A stretch of DNA of 32,643 nucleotides from Faecousia sp. (GTDB taxonomy: Bacteria > Bacillota > Clostridia > Oscillospirales > Oscillospiraceae): contig JAZREB010000347.1 of the NCBI GenBank assembly GCA_045660585.1, forward strand, positions 1 through 32,643, written 5' to 3'. A program made the translations under genes and the position numbers. The notes under the pieces were generated by a model. The model was not told the DNA's origin, made no database searches, and worked only from the letters and a program-made list of their open reading frames with translations. Position 1 is the stretch's first letter. Every line of letters starts with the position of its first letter. This document shows, in pieces, positions 25,570 to 32,643 of the stretch.

Positions 25570-27351
25570 TTAGGATGCTTTTTCAAATTGGCTGTTATAC
25601 AGTTCCGCATAGAAGCCGTTCTTTGCCAATAATGTTTCGTGGTCGCCACTTTCTACGATATCGCCGTCTCGCATGACCAGGATCAGATCTGCATCCTTAA
25701 TGGTGGAAAGGCGGTGGGCAATGACAAAACTGGTGCGATTTTCCATGAGCTTGTCCATAGCATGCTGGATCCGCAATTCTGTACGGGTATCTACGGAGGA
25801 TGTAGCCTCGTCCAGGATCAGCATGGGCTTGTCTGCGATCATGGCACGGGCGATTGTGAGCTGTTGCTTCTCGCCCTGAGACAGGGTGACCTGTTCGTTG
25901 AGCACCGTATCATAGCCCTTGGGCAAGGTGCGGACAAAGTGGTGGAGACCTACTGCCTTGCATGCTTCCGTCAGCTTTTCCTCGGAGACGTTCTCCGTGC
26001 TGTAGACTAAATTCTCCCGCAGGGTACCTTCAAAGAGCCAGGTATCCTGGAGCACCATACAGAATCGGTCACGGACTTCTTCCCGGGTCATTTGGCTGAT
26101 AGGAACACCGTCAATACGGATCTCACCGCCGGTGAGCTCATGGAACCGCATGAGAAGATTGACCATGGTAGTCTTGCCTGCACCGGTGGGGCCGACGATT
26201 GCGATCTTCTGCCCCGGCTGTGCCACTGCGGAAAAATCGTGGATAATGATCTTGTCGGAATCTTCATAGCCGAATTGTACGTGATCAAATTCCACCTTGC
26301 CCCGAACCTCTTGGGTATGGGGCTCTTTGTGGCTCTCGTCCTCCATTTCCTCCGCATCCAGGAATTCAAATACCCGTTCTCCCGCTGCGGCGCCGGACTG
26401 CATGGTCTGCATAGATTGGGAAATCTGATTCAGGGGCATAGTAAACTGGCGGACGTACATAATAAATGCAACAATGGTGCCAAAGCCGATCTTATTGTTA
26501 AATACCAGCAGGGCTCCTACAACACACACTGCCACATAGCCCAAATTTCCGATAAATCCCATAATGGGATGCATAAGGCCGGACATCGCCGCCGCACGGA
26601 AGCCGGATCTGCGCAGATCCTCGTTCATGGCATCAAAGGTCTCTTTCGATGCTCTCTCTCCGTTATAGGCCTTTACAACAGTATGTCCGGAATACATCTC
26701 CTCTATGTGGCCGTTGATGCGACCTAAGTTTTTCTGTTGTGCCAGGAAATATTTCTGGCTCCGTCCCATAATGGCAAACATGAAAATAAATCCGATGATA
26801 CTGGCACCTATAGCCGTTACCGTCATAAGGAAATTGTGGCTGAACATTAAGATCAGGGCGCCGATCATCTGGGTCACAGAGCTGACCAAGGTCGCCAGAC
26901 TCTGGTTCAGGGACTGCCCGATGGTATCTACGTCATTGGTAACACGGGAGAGAATATCGCCGGTGGTGGTACGGTTATAGAACCACATGGGAAGGCGATT
27001 GATCTTGGCAGAAATATCCTCACGGAGTCTGCGGGACATTTTCTGGGTCACAGATGCCATGATCCGTCCCTGGGATACAGACAGGATCAGAGAACCGCTA
27101 TACAGGCAGATCAGCAGGACGGCGGTTCTGCCTACTTTTTCCATATCGATCCCCGTGAGGATCCCTGCGGAGATCAGATCTGTGAGATCTGCGATCCGTC
27201 CCGGACCCATCAGGGTCAGGATGGTTCCTGCAAAGGCACAGAACAGGGAGAATATCAGGTGGAAGCGGAATTCCTTGCCATAACGGACCAGCTTTTTCCA
27301 TGTGCCGGAGAAGTCCTTGGCCTTTTCCGGGTTACGGGGTGGGGGGCTCAT
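25570..27351 (-). CDS. Heterodimeric ABC exporter subunit (TMD + NBD)
   Basis: GPTGAGKTT, LSQGEKQ, LILDEATSSVD and IAHRLSTI motifs. Confidence 0.95.
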   Translation of the reverse strand: MSPPPRNPEKAKDFSGTWKKLVRYGKEFRFHLIFSLFCAFAGTILTLMGPGRIADLTDLISAGILTGIDMEKVGRTAVLLICLYSGSLILSVSQGRIMASVTQKMSRRLREDISAKINRLPMWFYNRTTTGDILSRVTNDVDTIGQSLNQSLATLVSSVTQMIGALILMFSHNFLMTVTAIGASIIGFIFMFAIMGRSQKYFLAQQKNLGRINGHIEEMYSGHTVVKAYNGERASKETFDAMNEDLRRSGFRAAAMSGLMHPIMGFIGNLGYVAVCVVGALLVFNNKIGFGTIVAFIMYVRQFTMPLNQISQSMQTMQSGAAAGERVFEFLDAEEMEDESHKEPHTQEVRGKVEFDHVQFGYEDSDKIIIHDFSAVAQPGQKIAIVGPTGAGKTTMVNLLMRFHELTGGEIRIDGVPISQMTREEVRDRFCMVLQDTWLFEGTLRENLVYSTENVSEEKLTEACKAVGLHHFVRTLPKGYDTVLNEQVTLSQGEKQQLTIARAMIADKPMLILDEATSSVDTRTELRIQHAMDKLMENRTSFVIAHRLSTIKDADLILVMRDGDIVESGDHETLLAKNGFYAELYNSQFEKAS

Positions 27352-29105
27352 TCCAATTCCTCCTTTGACAACTGAGAATAGGCGATCTGACGGTATACTT
27401 CACAAGATGCCATCAGTTCTTTATGGGTGCCCTGACCGACGATCTCGCCTTCGTCCAGGACGATGATCCGATCTGCATCTCGGATGGTGCCGATCCGCTG
27501 GGCAACAATGAGCTTTGTCGCTCCGGCACATTCCTTCTTCAGGGTTTCTCTGAGGATCCGATCTGTGCGGTAATCCAGAGCAGAGAAGGAATCGTCAAAA
27601 ATGAAAATTTCCGGTTTCCGTGCAATGGCACGGGCAATGGACAGTCGCTGTTTCTGTCCCCCGGAGAAGTTGGTGCCACCTTGGGCAACATAGCTGTCAT
27701 AGCCATCGGGCTTTTCTTCTACAAAACCTGCGGCCTGTGCGGTTGTGATTGCATGGACGATCTCCTCATAGGTTGCAGGATCCGTGCCGTTGTCGCCGTA
27801 GGCTACATTGGAAGATACGGTGCCGCTAAAAAGGAAGGCTTTCTGGGAGACATAGCCGATCTTGTTCCGCAGGGCTTCTTGGGTATAGTCTCGGACATTC
27901 CGTCCGTCTACTAAAACTTCCCCCTCCGTAGCATCGTAGAAACGGGGGATCAGGTTGACAACTGTGGTTTTACCGCTACCGGTAGCACCGATCAGAGCTA
28001 CAGTCTGCCCCTTTTCCGCAGTGAAGGTAATGTTTCGGATCACAGGCTCTTCTCCATGGGCATAAGAGAAGGATACATTGCGAAATTCTACCCAACCCTC
28101 TACAGTACCCTCCGTAAAGCTACCGTCCCGAACAGCAGGCTCTGTCTCCAGAACCTCGTTGATCCGCTTTGCGGAAACTGCCGCACGGGGATAAATAATA
28201 AAAACAAAGACCAGCGACATAAAGGACATAACGATCTGCATGGCATAGGACAGGTAGGTGACCATGTGGGCAAAGAGCATGGCTCTGTCTCCAATGTCTG
28301 CTCCATTGATGAGCACCGCACCGATCCAGTAAATGGACAGGCTCAGCCCGTTCATGATAAACTGGATATAGGGCATCATGGTTGCCAGAACCTTCTGTAC
28401 ACGCAGAGAGTTATCGGTCAGTTCCTCGTTAGCACGGGCGAACTTTTCTTCCTGGTAGGTCTCTGCATTATAGGCACGGACGACTCGCAGACCGTTTAGA
28501 TTCTCTCGGGTGACTCGATTGAGGTTGTCTGTGAGCTGCTGCATTTTCTTAAAACGGGGGAGGGCAATGATCATAGAAATGGCAATGGCAACAAAGAGGA
28601 GTGCCACAGCCGTTCCCGTGGAGAGGGTCCACTGCCAGTTTTTCACAGAGATCTTTCCGATCGCCCAGGCCGCCGTAATAGGAGCCTTTACCATAATCTG
28701 CAATCCCATAACAATGAGCATCTGCACATGGGTAATATCATTGGTGGATCGGGTAATGAGAGAGGCAGTGGAAAACCTCCCCATTTCCTCTAAAGAGAAG
28801 TCCTGCACACGGGAAAACAGCCGAGTGCGGAGATTGGCGCCAAAGTTGGTGGCGATCCGTGCCACGATCACAGACACGATCACCGATGCAATTAAACTGC
28901 CCAGTGCACACAGGAGCATCATACCACCGGCCTTTAGGATCTCGGGCATCTCGCTACCGGGGGTCTGCACCAGCATGGTGATCTCCGTCATGTAGTCCGG
29001 CATAGTCAGATCCAGCCAAACCTGCAGGAGGATGAAGATCACACTGAGTCCTGCCAGTGCCCATTCCCGTCTGCCTAAGTATTTCAGAGCTTTTATCATA
29101 GACAA
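27348..29105 (-). CDS. Heterodimeric ABC exporter subunit (TMD + NBD, degenerate site)
   Basis: GATGSGKTT, FSGGQKQR, IFDDSFSALD and VAQR motifs; start could be 29099. Confidence 0.95.
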   Translation of the reverse strand: MSMIKALKYLGRREWALAGLSVIFILLQVWLDLTMPDYMTEITMLVQTPGSEMPEILKAGGMMLLCALGSLIASVIVSVIVARIATNFGANLRTRLFSRVQDFSLEEMGRFSTASLITRSTNDITHVQMLIVMGLQIMVKAPITAAWAIGKISVKNWQWTLSTGTAVALLFVAIAISMIIALPRFKKMQQLTDNLNRVTRENLNGLRVVRAYNAETYQEEKFARANEELTDNSLRVQKVLATMMPYIQFIMNGLSLSIYWIGAVLINGADIGDRAMLFAHMVTYLSYAMQIVMSFMSLVFVFIIYPRAAVSAKRINEVLETEPAVRDGSFTEGTVEGWVEFRNVSFSYAHGEEPVIRNITFTAEKGQTVALIGATGSGKTTVVNLIPRFYDATEGEVLVDGRNVRDYTQEALRNKIGYVSQKAFLFSGTVSSNVAYGDNGTDPATYEEIVHAITTAQAAGFVEEKPDGYDSYVAQGGTNFSGGQKQRLSIARAIARKPEIFIFDDSFSALDYRTDRILRETLKKECAGATKLIVAQRIGTIRDADRIIVLDEGEIVGQGTHKELMASCEVYRQIAYSQLSKEELE

Positions 29106-29418
29106 ACATCTTTCCTTCCGAATTTTTTAACCATAGTATACCACGAAAGTCAAAGGGTTTCAACGGTCTGTTTCTACATTTTGCTTAGATTTCTCACAAA
29201 ACCATTCCCATTCTTTCACCGAAAATGACCACTGTTACAGTTTACCCTTGTTTCTCTCCTTACATTTCCTTCTTCCATTGTTGTTCTTGTTTTTTATAGT
29301 AAAAATCCATATTTTTTCTCAAATCCTCTGGAAATTTATACCCCAATGATGTATAATAAAGATTGCAACAGAACTACGGTCTTTTATTTAAAATAAAAAA
29401 CGAACAGGAGGACCACAT

Positions 29419-30246
29419 ATGGATAACTACGATCTGAATAAGAACTACCAAAATTCCACCAATTTCCCCAACAGCGAAACCTCCCGACCCATGGGAAACA
29501 ACTCCAATCAGTTTGCTTCCAACGCTTTTCTCGACACCGATCCCATTTCTTCCTCATTGGATCCTTTCGACAACATTCCTCAAGAGCCTCCCAAGAAAAA
29601 GAGAACCGGTCTCAAGGTCTTCCTAATTATTCTGTTTTCCCTGCTGGCCCTTGGTTTTATCGCAGTTTGCGCAATCATCCTGATTGTTGTCCTTGTACTT
29701 ACTTTGAAATCCAAAGTCGCTGAACCTTTAGAAGTCGAAACTATCCCCACCTGGGATTCCTCCTACTCCGCTGTTGAAACAATGGCGCCCTCCGACGAGT
29801 ACGATTCCGATTGGACCTGGGAAGAAGCAACAGAAGAAGAAACCGAAGATCCCTGGGATGAAGAACCGGAAACATACATCGAATACACCGAGAATGCCAC
29901 CAGCTACTCTTCTTACGAATACATAGACGAGCTGAACCGTAAATACGACAATTATTTCGATTTCTATCCCGATGAGAATGGCTATATTATCGCCGACAGT
30001 AGCAGCCGATATATCAGCAGCTACGATCTCTACGGCATGACCGAGCACGAAGTCTGTCTTGCAAGAAACGAGATCTATGCCCGTCACGGCTATATCTTCA
30101 AATCCGAAAAATATAACGAATATTTCTCCAACTTCAGTTGGTACCACCCCACTACTACCGAAATGCCCGATCTGCAGAATTTGAACTCCTACGAGTACGA
30201 GAATGTGCAGACCATCATTGCCTACGAATCCTCCAGAGGTTGGTAA
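29419..30246 (+). CDS. Membrane-anchored YARHG domain protein
   Basis: TM helix, acidic linker and LARNEIYARHGYIF...YF....WY motif. Confidence 0.93.
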   Translation: MDNYDLNKNYQNSTNFPNSETSRPMGNNSNQFASNAFLDTDPISSSLDPFDNIPQEPPKKKRTGLKVFLIILFSLLALGFIAVCAIILIVVLVLTLKSKVAEPLEVETIPTWDSSYSAVETMAPSDEYDSDWTWEEATEEETEDPWDEEPETYIEYTENATSYSSYEYIDELNRKYDNYFDFYPDENGYIIADSSSRYISSYDLYGMTEHEVCLARNEIYARHGYIFKSEKYNEYFSNFSWYHPTTTEMPDLQNLNSYEYENVQTIIAYESSRGW

Positions 30247-30255
30247 CAGCCTGAC

Positions 30256-31155
30256 ATGGAGCATTTCCATAGAAAAGCCTTTATAGGAACGATCCTTCTT
30301 TGTGGGCTACTTTTCCTGTCTTTGTCTGTATTGGCAGGATGCCACCACGAACTCCCCCTGACCGAAAGCGATTCTGCACCGAATCTCCAAGAGGGAGCTC
30401 CTTCCGCCGAGGCTGCAACCACGCTTCCGTCCACTGCTTCGGAGCCCCCGTCTTCTACTACTGCAACCACAGAGGTTCCCCCGTCGGAATCCGAACCCAT
30501 TACAGAAGAAGAACCTCGGCAGTTCCTGATCGTCATTGACCCGGGGCACCAGCTTTACGGAGATTACAGCGAGGAGCCCTTAGGCCCCGGATCGGATCAG
30601 CTTAAGGCGCGAGTCTCCTCCGGCACAGAAGGCATCGTTACCAAGCTGCCGGAGCACGAGCTGAATCTCACTGTTTCTCTCCTGCTACAGCAGGAACTGC
30701 TTGCCCGTGGCTACCGGGTCGTCCTGACTCGTGAAACAGCCGATGTTTCCATATCCAATGGAGAACGAGCCCTCATAGCCAACGATCTCCATGCAGATGC
30801 CTTCCTGCGGATCCATGCCAACAGTGATTCCGACAGCTCCGTCCACGGAGCACTGACCATCTGCATGACTCCAAACAACCCCTATAACAGTGACATCTAC
30901 GAAGAAAGCCGGCTCCTATCCGATCATATCCTAACGGAACTGTGCCTTTTATCCGGTGCCAAGAATCTCTCCGTGTGGGAGACCGACACCATGACCGGCA
31001 TCAATTGGAGCCAAGTCCCTGTTACCATTGTGGAAATGGGTTTCCTATCCAACGAGGCAGAGGACAGGCTATTGTCCGATCCAAACTATCAAGAAAAAAT
31101 CGTAGAAGGGATCGCAAATGGGCTGGATCGCTACTTTACAGCCCTGACCCAATGA
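30256..31155 (+). CDS. N-acetylmuramoyl-L-alanine amidase (Amidase_3), probable lipoprotein
   Basis: LAGC lipobox; IDPGHQ, E.ELNL, LTRE, RIHAN and VEMGFLSN motifs. Confidence 0.93.
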   Translation: MEHFHRKAFIGTILLCGLLFLSLSVLAGCHHELPLTESDSAPNLQEGAPSAEAATTLPSTASEPPSSTTATTEVPPSESEPITEEEPRQFLIVIDPGHQLYGDYSEEPLGPGSDQLKARVSSGTEGIVTKLPEHELNLTVSLLLQQELLARGYRVVLTRETADVSISNGERALIANDLHADAFLRIHANSDSDSSVHGALTICMTPNNPYNSDIYEESRLLSDHILTELCLLSGAKNLSVWETDTMTGINWSQVPVTIVEMGFLSNEAEDRLLSDPNYQEKIVEGIANGLDRYFTALTQ

Positions 31156-31197
31156 TGGAAAGCCCTTCCCTCCGACAAATAACAAAACGAGGTTAAC

Positions 31198-32187
31198 ATG
31201 AAACATTCAAAGATACTATGGGCACTGCTGATCGTTGCCGCAGTTTTTATTCTTGCCTTAGGCGGTTTAACAGGTGGAGTCCTCTACAACTTTGTCAGTG
31301 ACAGATATTCCCCCGCTACAGAAGAAATCACTCCCACAGAGCTCTCCACAGAGCCCCCTACACAGCTCATAACAGAGCCCACAACGGAACCCACCACAGA
31401 AACTACAGAAGAAACCACCGAAGAGCCCACCGAGGATCCCAACAGCCCCAAATTTGACGCCGAGGCTCTGCAGATCGCACTGGACGCCTCTCTGGAAGAA
31501 TGCAACGGCAGATGGGCCGTCTATGCCGAGGAACTGAACTCCGGTGCAAGCATTTTCTGCGGTAAAGATTCCGACGTCCGTGAGCCCATGATTGCCGCCA
31601 GTATGATCAAGATGTTCATTATGGCTAAGACCTACGAGCTCATCGAGTTAGGCGTCGTAGATATCGAGGACGTCTACGAGGATATGTTCGACATGATCAC
31701 CATCAGTGATAATGACGACACCAATCGACTCACCACCTTCTTAGGCGATGGTAGCGCCACCGCCGGCAGAGCGCTGGTCACGGATTATGCCGCCCGTCTC
31801 GGCTGTCCGGAGGTAGAGCACAACCGTCTGATGCTGGACTTTAACGGATACGAGAACTATGTCTCCGTAGGCGCCTGTGCCAAACTCCTGCGAATGATCT
31901 ACGAGGGAACCTGTGTCAGTGAGGAAGCCTCCGCAGAAATGCTGAAGATCCTCCTCGCCCAGAAAGACAGAATGTACATCCCTGCAGGTGTACCCGAGGG
32001 CATCGACGTCGCCGTGAAGGGTGGCGACCTGCCGGATTGCCAAGGAGACTGCGGCATTGTTTTCTTGGAGGGGAATCCCTATATCGTCTGCATTATTTCC
32101 AACGGCTCCCACAATGATTTCAACACCCGGAAAATCGGCGAGCTTTCCGGCCTCGTTTACGAAGCCATGGCCGCCAATCTTTCCTGA
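31198..32187 (+). CDS. Membrane-anchored serine hydrolase (class A beta-lactamase-like / PBP fold)
   Basis: ASMIK (SxxK), ISDN and KGG motifs; TEEPT-rich linker. Confidence 0.85.
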   Translation: MKHSKILWALLIVAAVFILALGGLTGGVLYNFVSDRYSPATEEITPTELSTEPPTQLITEPTTEPTTETTEETTEEPTEDPNSPKFDAEALQIALDASLEECNGRWAVYAEELNSGASIFCGKDSDVREPMIAASMIKMFIMAKTYELIELGVVDIEDVYEDMFDMITISDNDDTNRLTTFLGDGSATAGRALVTDYAARLGCPEVEHNRLMLDFNGYENYVSVGACAKLLRMIYEGTCVSEEASAEMLKILLAQKDRMYIPAGVPEGIDVAVKGGDLPDCQGDCGIVFLEGNPYIVCIISNGSHNDFNTRKIGELSGLVYEAMAANLS

Positions 32188-32188
32188 C

Positions 32189-32242
32189 AACACAGATGGT
32201 CGATCCCTGCTGACAAGCACCGGGGGTCGGCCTGTGTTTTTT
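32189..32242 (+). terminator. Probable terminator
   Basis: AACACAG..GGTCGATCCCTG...CGGGGGTCGGCCTGTGTTTTTT. Confidence 0.65.
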
Positions 32243-32253
32243 CTGTCCGAGCC

Positions 32254-32282
32254 TTGACAGCGGGAAAAATTTTTACTATGAT
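32254..32282 (+). promoter_or_regulatory. sigA-type promoter
   Basis: TTGACA-N17-TATGAT. Confidence 0.75.
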
Positions 32283-32326
32283 ATAACTGATCCTAACAGA
32301 AATTATCAGGCAAAGGAGATTGGATT

Positions 32327-32643
32327 ATGAAACGATTATTTGCGCTACTTTTGGTAGTAGCTATGGTTTTGGGAATCATGCCCACGGCTTTCGCCTTAGG
32401 CAGTGAGGAAAATGCCACTCCACTGACGGCGGAAGACTACGTCCTTGCAGATCTGATGTGGGAAGAAGTAACTGCCAAAGAAGAAGCCATGCTGGCAAAG
32501 AAAGCCCCGGTTTCCAAAACCGTAGAGACTCTGATCGCCACAGTTACCGCCTCCCCCTATTACGAAGAAGACAGTCTGATCCGCAACGGCGACCACTTCT
32601 TCTGGGAGACGATAGACGGCATCGCCTGTGGCTATTCTCCCCG
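32327..32643 (+). CDS. Secreted protein, 5' part (runs off the window)
   Basis: AAAGGAG RBS; MKRLFALLLVVAMVLGIMPTAFA signal peptide; frame open to the window end. Confidence 0.85.
   Translation, partial: MKRLFALLLVVAMVLGIMPTAFALGSEENATPLTAEDYVLADLMWEEVTAKEEAMLAKKAPVSKTVETLIATVTASPYYEEDSLIRNGDHFFWETIDGIACGYSP

Noticed and set aside
25639-28995. Many antisense ORFs over the ABC genes (also over glsA, mob and AAA_25)
   Set aside because: Shadow ORFs of well-supported genes on the opposite strand
31315-31440. ACAGAG/ACCGAA short tandem repeats
   Set aside because: They encode the low-complexity TEEPT linker
31198-32187. Beta-lactam resistance gene
   Set aside because: Membrane-anchored, in a cell-wall operon, with a divergent KGG motif; the fold alone does not show resistance

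Overview
Bacillota (Clostridia-like) chromosomal region. The main feature is a split sporulation gene. spoIVB (5' part 24700..23792, minus strand) stops prematurely at ...GAVTHV*. It is interrupted by an 18,012-bp integrative mobilizable element (5780..23791) inserted at an AC/GT dinucleotide in the Val codon. The missing in-frame tail ([22 protein letters not shown]) lies at 5711..5779, next to a large serine recombinase. The two element ends rejoin into a symmetric 24+2+24 bp attP, so precise excision would rebuild a 325-aa SpoIVB. This resembles the skin element, but in a gene that is forespore-expressed in model organisms. A second, longer spoIVB 3' end (4140..4261) breaks at the catalytic Ser codon and points to an older nested insertion. 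The element carries a candidate directionality factor with a sigF/sigG-like promoter, a tandem pair of promoter-driven putative ncRNAs, a MOBV relaxase with oriT, an AAA_25 ATPase, ParB, an AAA_14/DUF4143 ATPase, and a PP2C / Ser-Thr kinase / FHA-ABC exporter cargo. The flanks hold ordinary host genes: GDPD-like protein, glutaminase, TPR protein, ABC exporter pair, YARHG protein, amidase and serine hydrolase. Family calls come from motif recognition by eye; no database searches were run.
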